Origin: an uncultured Candidatus Peribacteria bacterium | Lineage (GTDB): Bacteria > Patescibacteriota > Gracilibacteria > UBA1369 | Direction: 5' to 3' | DNA length: 37,603 nucleotides | NCBI GenBank assembly: GCA_964360095.1 | Contig: CAYHVY010000001.1 | Coordinates: 1-37,603, forward strand | Shown here: positions 24,531-32,765 of the stretch, piece after piece | How positions within the stretch are numbered: position 1 is the stretch's first letter | Layout of the letters: every line of letters starts with the position of its first letter | Program-made: the position numbers and the translations under genes | The notes under the pieces: generated by a model | Databases searched by the model: none | Told to the model about the DNA's origin: nothing | The model's input: only the letters and a program-made list of their open reading frames with translations

Positions 24531-25733
24531 TTATTTCCCCCAGTTCAACATATTGAGCTTATTTTTGTCCAGATAAAAAAGCGTGCGGTTTTTGGCGAAA
24601 AAAAACATGTCTTCAAAACGATTTATATTTGTCAACAAAGGAAAAACATTGGAAATGGAAAGATCGCTAACGGAAATATGATCTCTTCCCCGAAAAAGAA
24701 AATGTTCATCATCAAACCAGCCAATTAAGCCAAAATCGCCGTTATAGGAATGCAATAATTTTTTTTCATCCAGGCGCGGGTCATAGAAAAAAAGTTGTTT
24801 ATCAAAATCCGAAAAAAGAATCTGATTTAAACCGTTTAAAAAAACGCTTGGAAAAATCCTTTCAGCAACAAGTTTTAGGCTGGAATCAGGGTTCACAAGA
24901 TAGAGGGAAAACGCGCTATCGTTGGCAAAAGGAGGGGTTGTCTGAAAAACAAGAAAAGAATAGTTTTTATTTTCAATCGTCTTGACCGTATAAAATTTCT
25001 GAAAACTTTGATCAAGTAAAGCGACTTGTTTATCTGCAAAATCGCTCGAAAATAACATGCCGGAACTTAGGTAGTATATTTTCTTTTTTGCAATGGCAAA
25101 ATCGGTAACATCCGGCCTGATTTTTTCTCCAAAACTTGACACCTCTTCATCAAGAAAAATCGATTCCTTGACGTTGTCCTGAAAATGCGCCAGTAATTGG
25201 CCGGAAGACATAATTTCAACGCGCTCCAAATTTTCATGGTGAAGAGGAATTTCTTTTTGTCTGAAAGTTCCATCATCGTTCAAAAATATTACAGTTAAAT
25301 ATGGCTGATTTGGCTTGGTTATGACCAAAAATTCATCTCCGGCAACAACATGGACATCATCAACAAAACTGATGAGTTCCTTTGTCCACGCGGATATATT
25401 ACCCGGAACAAAAAGAATATCGGTTATTTTTGATACAAAATCCGCTTTTACATTCAATGTTCGTTTCCATGGCAAAAAATCTTTCTTCTTAAGAAGAAGC
25501 TCCGCCGTTCCTGGTAAAACGTCTTTTATCTGATAGGGTAAATTACCCATGTGTATTATTTTTCCATTAAATGTAACCTCTACAGCGCTTTCATGACCGG
25601 TGAGATCAATAATGCTGGTTTTTTTTATATCCTGCCGCGCGACATCATACTGGTATCCATAAGCCAAAAAAAGCGCATAAAATGACACGGCGCAAAATGC
25701 CAGGATGCCAATAAGTTTCAATAAAAAACGCAT
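24531..25733 (-). CDS. Membrane-anchored PEGA-domain-like protein
   Basis: An N-terminal TM segment (LIGILAFCAVSFYALFLAY) is followed by a PEGA-like segment (VEVTFNGKII...LPGTAELLLKKKDFLPWKRTLNV) and then a beta-rich region. Confidence 0.55.
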   Translation of the reverse strand: MRFLLKLIGILAFCAVSFYALFLAYGYQYDVARQDIKKTSIIDLTGHESAVEVTFNGKIIHMGNLPYQIKDVLPGTAELLLKKKDFLPWKRTLNVKADFVSKITDILFVPGNISAWTKELISFVDDVHVVAGDEFLVITKPNQPYLTVIFLNDDGTFRQKEIPLHHENLERVEIMSSGQLLAHFQDNVKESIFLDEEVSSFGEKIRPDVTDFAIAKKKIYYLSSGMLFSSDFADKQVALLDQSFQKFYTVKTIENKNYSFLVFQTTPPFANDSAFSLYLVNPDSSLKLVAERIFPSVFLNGLNQILFSDFDKQLFFYDPRLDEKKLLHSYNGDFGLIGWFDDEHFLFRGRDHISVSDLSISNVFPLLTNINRFEDMFFFAKNRTLFYLDKNKLNMLNWGK

Positions 25734-25742
25734 GATCTTTTA

Positions 25743-26273
25743 CTATTCCATTTTAATAACCTCATATTCCACCACGCCTGATGGAATGCGGACTTTAACT
25801 TTGTCACCCTGGCGGCAATCCAGAAGCGCCGCGCCTACCGGAGATTCATTTGAAATTTTATGACCGAGAGGATCAGCTTCCGTTGAACCAACGATGGTAT
25901 ATTCTTCATTAACAGCTGATTTTTTTGACATATTTTTGACAATCACTTTTGTTCCCAACTGAACTGTAGCCATGTGGTGCTTTTCTTCAATGATTTTGGC
26001 GTATTTGACCTTTTCTTCAAGTTCAATAATACGCCCCTCCACAAAAGCCTGTTCGTTTTTGGCCTCTTCATATTCGGAGTTTTCAGAAAGATCTCCATAA
26101 GAAATGGCTTCTTTAATACGTCCCGCGACTTCGCGCCGTTTGACATTTCTAAGCTGATCCAGCTCTTCTACAAGTTTTTTTAATCCATCTTTTGTGATAA
26201 GGATGAATTTATTATCGTCAGACGCGACGGTGGTCGTTGCCCCAACTGTGGCTGTTTTTGATGCGTTAGGCAT
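25743..26273 (-). CDS. greA: Transcription elongation factor GreA
   Basis: ITKDGLKKLVEELDQL...REVAGRIKEAISYGDLSENSEYEEAK is the coiled-coil region. The C-terminal globular domain follows. Confidence 0.9.
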   Translation of the reverse strand: MPNASKTATVGATTTVASDDNKFILITKDGLKKLVEELDQLRNVKRREVAGRIKEAISYGDLSENSEYEEAKNEQAFVEGRIIELEEKVKYAKIIEEKHHMATVQLGTKVIVKNMSKKSAVNEEYTIVGSTEADPLGHKISNESPVGAALLDCRQGDKVKVRIPSGVVEYEVIKME

Positions 26274-26279
26274 GAGATT

Positions 26280-26354
26280 AATTAAGAATTAAAAATTAAG
26301 AATTGGCAATTGATTGATCATTGAAAATTGATTGTGAATTGAAAATTGTGAATT
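26280..26354. repeat. Degenerate 7-bp-period AATT tract filling the rpoD-greA spacer
   Basis: ATT anchors occur at 26281, 26288, 26295, 26302 and 26309. They then continue with phase shifts at 26313, 26320, 26327, 26331, 26338, 26345 and 26352. Confidence 0.7.
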
Positions 26355-26356
26355 GT

Positions 26357-27502
26357 TTAGGGCTTAATCCTGATACTCGTCGGGTGCTCCTTCATTTTTT
26401 GCAATACTTTGGCTTCAATTTGGCGTATTCGTTCACGCGTAACGCGAAATTCATGCCCCACTTCTTCCAGGGTGTGGCCCACGCCGTCCTTAAGACCAAA
26501 ACGCATTTCAATAATTTTGCGCTCGCGCGGGGAAAGATACTGAAGCATTTCATGGATATTCTCCTTGATCAATTGCCGATTGGTTGCCTCGGAAGGCGAA
26601 AGCGCGTCATCGTCTTCTATAAAGTCTCCGAGTTTACTGTCTTCTTCGGTGCCAACAGGAGCTTCCAGCGAAACAATATCCTGTGAAATTTTCAGAATAT
26701 GGCGAACTTTTTTCACGTCCATATCCATTTCAGCCGCAAGTTCTTCGGCCAATGGCTCACGGCCAAGTTCCTGGACCAGGCGGCGTTGGGCGTGGGTAAG
26801 CTTGTTTATGGTTTCCACCATGTGTACCGGAATGCGGATAGTGCGCGCCTGATCGGCGATGGCGCGGGTGATCGCCTGACGGATCCACCATGTGGCATAG
26901 GTAGAAAACTTGAATCCCCTTTCAGGATCAAATTTTTCCACGGCTCTGAATAAACCAATATTACCCTCCTGGATTAAGTCCAGAAAGGAAAGCCCTCTGC
27001 CAATATATTTTTTTGCGATGCTCACAACCAGACGCAGATTGGCCTCCGCCAGACGTTGTTTTGCAGTCTGATCGCCTTTTTTGATACGGCGCGCCAAATC
27101 AATTTCTTCTTTTGCGGTCAAAAGCGAAACTTTGCCTATCTCACAAAGATAGAGACGAATGGAGTCGTTAGCAATCTCCCGCAATTCTATGGATTTTGCG
27201 ACTACTTTTTTTCCTTTTACTTCCTTGACCGCGACTATTTGTTCTTCCTCTTCCACTTCCTCCGTGTGAAAAGAAATGGCATCCTTGGCATCAATGACTT
27301 CAATTCCCAAATCCAAAAAAAGACCGTAGATTTCATCAAGTAAAATAAGATCTTCTTCAATATTGGGCATCGCCTTCATCAGCTCCTGTTGAGTGACAAA
27401 GCCGTGCTCTCTGCCCTTTTTGACCAAATCCCGCACTTCTGCCGGAAACTGGCCGAGCTTGTCATCGGAAGGGTGAACAATAAATTTTTTGGTTCGGGCC
27501 AT
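26357..27502 (-). CDS. rpoD: RNA polymerase primary sigma factor
   Basis: Region 2.4 is [29 protein letters not shown] and region 4.2 is [24 protein letters not shown]. The ATG at 27502 is preferred over the TTG at 27520, which lies in the repeat tract. Confidence 0.92.
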   Translation of the reverse strand: MARTKKFIVHPSDDKLGQFPAEVRDLVKKGREHGFVTQQELMKAMPNIEEDLILLDEIYGLFLDLGIEVIDAKDAISFHTEEVEEEEQIVAVKEVKGKKVVAKSIELREIANDSIRLYLCEIGKVSLLTAKEEIDLARRIKKGDQTAKQRLAEANLRLVVSIAKKYIGRGLSFLDLIQEGNIGLFRAVEKFDPERGFKFSTYATWWIRQAITRAIADQARTIRIPVHMVETINKLTHAQRRLVQELGREPLAEELAAEMDMDVKKVRHILKISQDIVSLEAPVGTEEDSKLGDFIEDDDALSPSEATNRQLIKENIHEMLQYLSPRERKIIEMRFGLKDGVGHTLEEVGHEFRVTRERIRQIEAKVLQKMKEHPTSIRIKP

Positions 27503-27510
27503 GTTCTTTA

Positions 27511-27617
27511 CAATTATCAATTTTCAATTTTCAATTTACAGTTTTCAATTAATTTTCAGTTATCAATTTTCAATTTTGAATTCAATTTCTAATTACTAAT
27601 TCATAATTCATAATTAC
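27511..27617. repeat. About 15 tandem degenerate heptamers (CAATTTT-type) between the dnaG stop and the rpoD start
   Basis: The units read CAATTAT CAATTTT CAATTTT CAATTTA CAGTTTT CAATTAATTTT CAGTTAT CAATTTT CAATTTT GAATT CAATTTC TAATTAC TAATTCA TAATTCA TAATTAC. The dnaG stop codon lies in the last unit. Confidence 0.8.
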
Positions 27618-29443
27618 TTACTCAAGGCATCCAGTTCCCTGATGAAACGCCTGGATTCATCTTTTTGACCCTGTTTTTCCGTGTCTCCAATTTGATGCTG
27701 AAGAGTAAGGCGTTTTTTATTAAGCGTATTCTTGATGAGCTTGTCAAGTAGAAGCTTCATTTCACGCTCAACTGCCTCTTCACCAATTTCACCGTAAAAT
27801 TCAGAGATATACAATGAAACAAGAGTTATTTTTTGGGCTAATTCATAAGGTAAAGAAGCTCTCAGGAGGTCTACATCCCAAACGCCCAAGCCATTATACT
27901 GATCGGAAAATTGCTTGTAAATAGCTTTCATGTCACCTGCAAAGTAATCGGATGAAATTTTGTCCTTAAGCAGTAGCCCTATACGGGGATACTCAAGAAT
28001 AAAAGCAATCAACAACTCTTCCGCCTGAAATTTTTTTGATTTAGCCGCGGATGGTTCGTTTGAATCCGAAAGACCGACATGCAAACGAGCCGGATGAGTT
28101 ACGGGTAATTTAAAATTTTTCAATTCATCGTACAGCTGTTTCTCGGTAACACGAAAATCACGCGCCAAAATGCGCACATATTCATCTTTTGCAAGAGGGC
28201 TTTTGAGTGTATGTAAAAATGGAGAAAAATCCTGCAAAATCTTCCGTTTTAAGGATGCATCCTCTTGGCGCAGCGCTGTATTAGCCTCGCTTTTGCTCGG
28301 TCTGGCAGAAAAATCATCGGCGCCATGGATTGAAATTAAGCGCTTATACAGATAATCACCATATCTTTCCGCTTTTTGAATGATCAAAGATAAATCGGCG
28401 GGAGAGTGTTGGCAAAATTCGGCAATATCCTTGCCTTCTGGAAGTTCAAGAATTTTTACTTCAAAATCAAATTCCTGTGCCAGTTCAAAAGCGCGTTTTG
28501 CCGCTTCCTGACCGGCTAAATCCATATCAAAAGCAAGACACAGTTGAGCTGAAAATGGTTTTAATAACCGCAACTGCTGACTTGTTAATGCTGTTCCGGA
28601 AACAGCCGCAACATTGGTTATTCCAGCCTGGTACGCGGCAATCATATCCATATATCCTTCAACCAGAACTGCGGATTTTTGAGTTTTTATGGAGGCTTTA
28701 GTCCAGGAAAAACCATAGAGAATATTGCTTTTGTGATAAATGGCCGTCTCCGGAGAATTGAGATATTTGGGATCCTGTTCATGCGCAAGAGCGCGGCCTC
28801 CAAAAGCGACGATGCGCCCCAAAGAATCGGTAATCGGAAACATAAGCCGTCCCCTAAAACGGTCATGGATACTGTCAAGTGTAGTTTCGCGGGAAAGAGC
28901 CAAGCCTGAAGCCACGAGCAGTTTCCGGCTAAACCCTTCTTTTAAAAGCATCTTAAACGTCGCCTCATAATCATCGGGAGAAAAACCGAGACGAAAAAGT
29001 TTAATCGTCTCATCGTTCAATCCACGTCGGCGAAGATACTCCAAAACTTTTGCTCCATTTTCACTATTCCACAACTGCCATTCATAAAAAGCAGCAACCG
29101 TTTCATGAACACGGAGAAGCTGCTCTTTTTCATCCTTATCAATAGGAGATTGCAGAGCGTACTTTTTTAATTCAACACCTGTCCGCTCAGCTAAAATTTT
29201 AAGCGCATCAACAAAATCAACTCCCTCCACTTCCCGAATAAATTGAAACACATCGCCGCCCTTGTGACAGCCAAAACAATAGGCAATCCCTTTTTGCGGC
29301 GAAACAATAAAACTCGGCGTTTTTTCGGCATGAAAAGGACAAAGTCCCTTCAAATTCTGACCGATTTTCTTGAGCTGCACATACTGGCTGACAAGATCCT
29401 CTATGGATAGGCGGCTTTTGATTTCATCGCGGGCATCGGACAT
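27614..29443 (-). CDS. dnaG: DNA primase
   Basis: The zinc finger is CPFHAEKTPSFIVSPQKGIAYCFGCHKGGD and the TOPRIM motif is VLVEGYMDMIA. Confidence 0.92.
   Translation of the reverse strand: MSDARDEIKSRLSIEDLVSQYVQLKKIGQNLKGLCPFHAEKTPSFIVSPQKGIAYCFGCHKGGDVFQFIREVEGVDFVDALKILAERTGVELKKYALQSPIDKDEKEQLLRVHETVAAFYEWQLWNSENGAKVLEYLRRRGLNDETIKLFRLGFSPDDYEATFKMLLKEGFSRKLLVASGLALSRETTLDSIHDRFRGRLMFPITDSLGRIVAFGGRALAHEQDPKYLNSPETAIYHKSNILYGFSWTKASIKTQKSAVLVEGYMDMIAAYQAGITNVAAVSGTALTSQQLRLLKPFSAQLCLAFDMDLAGQEAAKRAFELAQEFDFEVKILELPEGKDIAEFCQHSPADLSLIIQKAERYGDYLYKRLISIHGADDFSARPSKSEANTALRQEDASLKRKILQDFSPFLHTLKSPLAKDEYVRILARDFRVTEKQLYDELKNFKLPVTHPARLHVGLSDSNEPSAAKSKKFQAEELLIAFILEYPRIGLLLKDKISSDYFAGDMKAIYKQFSDQYNGLGVWDVDLLRASLPYELAQKITLVSLYISEFYGEIGEEAVEREMKLLLDKLIKNTLNKKRLTLQHQIGDTEKQGQKDESRRFIRELDALSK
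28251..28308. repeat. 58-nt GC-rich repeat, copy 1, in frame inside dnaG
   Basis: It aligns without gaps to 30664-30721 at 41 of 58 positions, including an identical 15-mer TGTATTAGCCTCGCT. It encodes ARPSKSEANTALRQEDASL. Confidence 0.75.
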
Positions 29444-29450
29444 TTATGGC

Positions 29451-29478
29451 GAATTATGAATTTCGAATTTTGAATAAG
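29451..29478. repeat. Four 7-nt units (GAATTAT GAATTTC GAATTTT GAATAAG) just upstream of the dnaG start
   Basis: Read directly from the sequence. The dnaG ATG is at 29443 on the minus strand. Confidence 0.7.
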
Positions 29479-29533
29479 GGGAACCTACTATAGCAGATAA
29501 TTTCTTTAGGAGGTAATTTTAGAAAAAATTTAA

Positions 29534-30607
29534 TTATTTTTCATTTTGATGTTTCTTCCCAAAATGCACGGCAAAGCCGCCGACAATAAACATTAAAATG
29601 ACTAAAACCGCTATGGCGTAGACCTTTTGCAAAGGTCCCAAAAAAATGGCGATGCCTCCAAAAAGAGCGCAAACGGCATAAATGAATAAAACCGCTTTCC
29701 GCTCGGAAAGGCCAATTTCAATCAGCCGATGGTGTAGATGATGTAAATCTCCGCGAAATGGAGATTTTCCGGATACGATGCGCCTCAAAATCACCCAGAC
29801 GGCATCCAATATGGGAAATCCAAGAATTAAAAATGCCGTTGTTATTTTTCCACCGGAAAAAATAGCTAACGTGGCCAGCAGAAAGCCAAGAAACATGCTT
29901 CCGGTGTCGCCCATGAGAATTTTTGCCGGATAAAAATCAAAAAACATGAAAGCAAAAGCAATTGCAAACAAAATAATGCTTAAAGTGGCCACAGGAACCT
30001 GTGAAGAAATATCAAAATGAATATCTGGACGAATGCTCAGAAAAAAAATACTCAAAGCGGCAATAGCTGAAACACCGCTTGGCAAGCCATTTAATCCATC
30101 CAGAAAATTCATGGTGTTAACAATCGTCACGACCCAAAGAATTGTAAAAAGCGCCCCCAGAAGAGAAATACTGACTATGGCTGTATCAATGGCTAAACTT
30201 ATGGCCTGTTTATCCAAAATAAATGGCGCGCCAAATGGATTTGAAATGGAACGTATGCCTATGCCGCTTGCCACCAGTACTCCAGCGGCCAGTATCTGCG
30301 CAAAAAGACGCAACACGGGGCTTAAACCAAAGAGATCATCCGCGAAACTGACACAAGCGATCATTAAAGCGCCCAGCAGCAAGCCTAAAACATGAATGTC
30401 AATTTTTACAAAAAGTAGAACAGAAATAAAAAAAACAGCCACAATGACAAGGCCACCATAATATGGAATTGGATTGCGCTTGAGGCCGTATTGCCACGGA
30501 CGATCGGTAAGTCCGAACTTCGGGAAAAATTTTAACGCAAGCATGGTCAAAAAAATCGTCAGGGTAAAGGCAAAAATGGCGGGGATTAGGTATTGGATAA
30601 TAGTCAT
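29534..30607 (-). CDS. Glycosyltransferase family 4, WecA/TagO-like polyprenyl-phosphate HexNAc-1-phosphate transferase
   Basis: NFLDGLNGL, MGDTGSMFLGF and DLHHLHHRL motifs are present in a polytopic protein. The ATG at 30607 (MTIIQYLIPAIF) is preferred because the track extension to 30730 runs through the GC-rich repeat. Confidence 0.8.
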   Translation of the reverse strand: MTIIQYLIPAIFAFTLTIFLTMLALKFFPKFGLTDRPWQYGLKRNPIPYYGGLVIVAVFFISVLLFVKIDIHVLGLLLGALMIACVSFADDLFGLSPVLRLFAQILAAGVLVASGIGIRSISNPFGAPFILDKQAISLAIDTAIVSISLLGALFTILWVVTIVNTMNFLDGLNGLPSGVSAIAALSIFFLSIRPDIHFDISSQVPVATLSIILFAIAFAFMFFDFYPAKILMGDTGSMFLGFLLATLAIFSGGKITTAFLILGFPILDAVWVILRRIVSGKSPFRGDLHHLHHRLIEIGLSERKAVLFIYAVCALFGGIAIFLGPLQKVYAIAVLVILMFIVGGFAVHFGKKHQNEK

Positions 30608-30659
30608 ATCTTGGTTTGAAAAAATGGCAGGAGTAACAAACATGCTTGTTACATACACG

Positions 30660-31391
30660 TTAAAAGGACGCGCCCAAGGGGCGCGGCATTGTATTAGCCT
30701 CGCTGCGGCTCGGCCTGATAGTTGGCACAAGAAAATTACGGCACGTTAAAGCGGTAATCTTTTCAAACGGAACAGCGTTTTCTATGGAAAAAGAGCCGAT
30801 TTTTGTGCGCCGCAGTGCTTCCACATATGCGCCGCATTGCAGAATTTGACCCAGGTCATGGGCAAAACTTCTGATGTAAGTGCCGCTGCCGCAGTGTACG
30901 GAACATTCCAATGCTGGATATGAAAAATGTTGAATGTCCACGCGGAAAAAAGTAACTGTTTTGGACTTTACATCGGGAATTTGGCCTCTTCTAGCCAAAC
31001 TGTAGGCGTGTTCTCCTTTGATTTTTTGAGCGGAATAAATGGGTGGTTTTTGAATCTGCTGGCCACGAAAATGCTTTTTTAAAACTTCCTCAAGTTTTGG
31101 ACGGTCAAATATTTGTGGCTTTCCGTGGGGATAAATCGGCCCTTCGGAATCATAAGTTGCGGAAACAGCGCCAAAACTAATGGTAGCGTCATATGTTTTA
31201 TCCAGACCCTCCAGATCATGCAGAGATTTTGTGGCTTTTCCAAAGGCAAAAATCATCAATCCGCTTGCCAGAGGGTCAAGAGTTCCGGCGTAACCTATTT
31301 TTTTCATGTCAAAAAGCTTGCGAAACACCTTCACCATAAAAAACGAAGTGATCCCTTTTGGCTTGTCTATGAGAAGAAAACCTTCATCCAT
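30660..31391 (-). CDS. truB: tRNA pseudouridine-55 synthase
   Basis: GFLLIDKPKGITSF and GYAGTLDPLASGL (catalytic Asp) are present. The ATG at 31391 is preferred, because the upstream MNFEFQI of the track ORF is encoded by the heptamer tract. Confidence 0.88.
   Translation of the reverse strand: MDEGFLLIDKPKGITSFFMVKVFRKLFDMKKIGYAGTLDPLASGLMIFAFGKATKSLHDLEGLDKTYDATISFGAVSATYDSEGPIYPHGKPQIFDRPKLEEVLKKHFRGQQIQKPPIYSAQKIKGEHAYSLARRGQIPDVKSKTVTFFRVDIQHFSYPALECSVHCGSGTYIRSFAHDLGQILQCGAYVEALRRTKIGSFSIENAVPFEKITALTCRNFLVPTIRPSRSEANTMPRPLGASF
30664..30721. repeat. 58-nt GC-rich repeat, copy 2, forming the 3' end of the truB ORF
   Basis: It matches copy 1 at 41 of 58 positions, on the same strand and in the same frame. 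It encodes IRPSRSEANTMPRPLGASF, followed by the stop, and contains the hairpin CGCGCCC-aag-GGGCGCG. Confidence 0.75.
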
Positions 31392-31418
31392 AATTTGAAA
31401 TTCGAAATTCATAATTCA
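31391..31418. repeat. Four 7-nt units (TAATTTG AAATTCG AAATTCA TAATTCA) spanning the murE stop and truB start
   Basis: Read directly from the sequence. The murE TGA (31409-31411) lies inside the tract. Confidence 0.7.
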
Positions 31419-32734
31419 ACCCTCACCGCGGTACTAAAGATTTCGCGAACCACCTTGCGGTCATCCCAGGGAACTTTTTTATCGCCGATCATTTGGATTT
31501 CTTCGCAGCCTTTACCGGCAATCACAACGACGTCATTTTCTTCAGCTAAAGAAAGCGCCAATTTAATAGCCTCATAACGATGCGGAATTTTCCAAAACCG
31601 TTCCCCTTCTCGCCGGTTGATACCCGCCGCAACTTCCTCAATGATCCGCCACTCTTTTTCTTCGTAAGGATCGTCATCCGTCACGATTACATAATCAGCA
31701 TATTTATCAGCTATCGCGCCCATTTTAGGACGCTTGGCCTTATCCCGTCCCCCGCCCGTAGCTCCAAAAACAACATACAGCTTGCCTTTCGTCAGTTTTC
31801 TATAGAGCGCAAGCAGTTTTTCCAGGGATTCATGCGTATGGGCGTGATCAACCACAACAGTGTATTTTTGGCCGCAATCAATCGTTTCAAGCCGTCCGGG
31901 GATGCCAGAAGCTTTTTCCAAAGCCGTTTTAATAACAGCAAGATTGATGTTATTCGCCAAAGCGACCGTAGCCGCAGCTACGGCGTTAGATACATTAAAT
32001 TCACCGGGTAATTTCAGATTGATTTCAATATGACTATTGGGCACATGTAATTCAAATGTAGTGCCACTGGCTTTTGGAAGCAAATCAGAGGCATAACATG
32101 TGCCGCTGCCCATACCATATGTATATTTGCGATCAACTAAAAACTGGTCAAAATAAAGAAAATTCGGATCATCCTTATTTAGAACGGCAATTTTTGGAAT
32201 GCGCGACTTGCGCGGTGAACGGTTCAAATGCGCAAAAAGAAGCCCTTTTATACGCAGATAATTTTGAAATCCGCCATGATATTCAAGATGATCTTCCCCG
32301 ATATTGGTAAACGCCACCGTGTCAAAATTAACCCCCCAAATGCGGTTTTGATGGATCGCGTGGGAAGAAATCTCCAATACCGCGTGAGTACAGGACTCCT
32401 TGACCATCTGTCTAAGTATTTTCTGTAGAAAAAATGGCCCCAATGTGGTGATTTTTGTGAGATTGCTCCATTGCAAATTCCCAACACGAAAATTGATAGT
32501 TGAGGTCATGCCAACTTTGTAACCCGCTTCCGTAAAAATTGTTGTGATTAAATTCGTAGTGGTTGTTTTTCCCTTCGTGCCGGTCACGCCAATAACATTT
32601 AAATATCGCGATGGAAAGCGATAATACACTGCCGCCATAATCGCCAGAATCTGGTGATAAAAGAGACGAAAAGGATTGCCTGGAGAAATCTTATTTTTGA
32701 GGTATTTGATGAGCATATTTTGAGATCCTAACAT
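31409..32734 (-). CDS. murE: Mur ligase, MurE-like UDP-N-acetylmuramoyl-L-alanyl-D-glutamate amino-acid ligase
   Basis: VIGVTGTKGKTTT (P-loop), TNIGEDHLEYHG, DHAHTHESLE and GGGRDKAKRP are present. The substrate-selectivity motif reads DDPY instead of DNPR. Confidence 0.85.
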   Translation of the reverse strand: MLGSQNMLIKYLKNKISPGNPFRLFYHQILAIMAAVYYRFPSRYLNVIGVTGTKGKTTTTNLITTIFTEAGYKVGMTSTINFRVGNLQWSNLTKITTLGPFFLQKILRQMVKESCTHAVLEISSHAIHQNRIWGVNFDTVAFTNIGEDHLEYHGGFQNYLRIKGLLFAHLNRSPRKSRIPKIAVLNKDDPNFLYFDQFLVDRKYTYGMGSGTCYASDLLPKASGTTFELHVPNSHIEINLKLPGEFNVSNAVAAATVALANNINLAVIKTALEKASGIPGRLETIDCGQKYTVVVDHAHTHESLEKLLALYRKLTKGKLYVVFGATGGGRDKAKRPKMGAIADKYADYVIVTDDDPYEEKEWRIIEEVAAGINRREGERFWKIPHRYEAIKLALSLAEENDVVVIAGKGCEEIQMIGDKKVPWDDRKVVREIFSTAVRVEL

Positions 32735-32736
32735 TG

Positions 32737-32765
32737 GTAAGGAACGGTTTGAAACCGTTCCTTAC
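32737..32765. repeat. 29-nt GTA...TAC hairpin between the riboflavin kinase stop and the murE start
   Basis: GTAAGGAACGGTTTGAAACCGTTCCTTAC has the same length and architecture as 37170-37198. It contains the riboflavin kinase TAA stop. Confidence 0.75.

Noticed and set aside
24491-24540. The strand switch from mostly + genes to all - genes at about 24.5 kb might mark a replication terminus with a dif site.
   Set aside because: The 31-nt convergent spacer shows nothing resembling the XerC/D dif consensus (no ATTATGT-type arm). A single window cannot establish GC skew.
26280-27617. The repetitive tracts flanking rpoD could be mistaken for a CRISPR array or for coding repeats (track ORFs 27389-27592 and 26321-26686).
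   Set aside because: The period is only 7 nt, with no repeat-spacer organisation and no cas genes. The ORFs through the tracts are low-complexity translations ([12 protein letters not shown]...) lying antisense to or beside rpoD.
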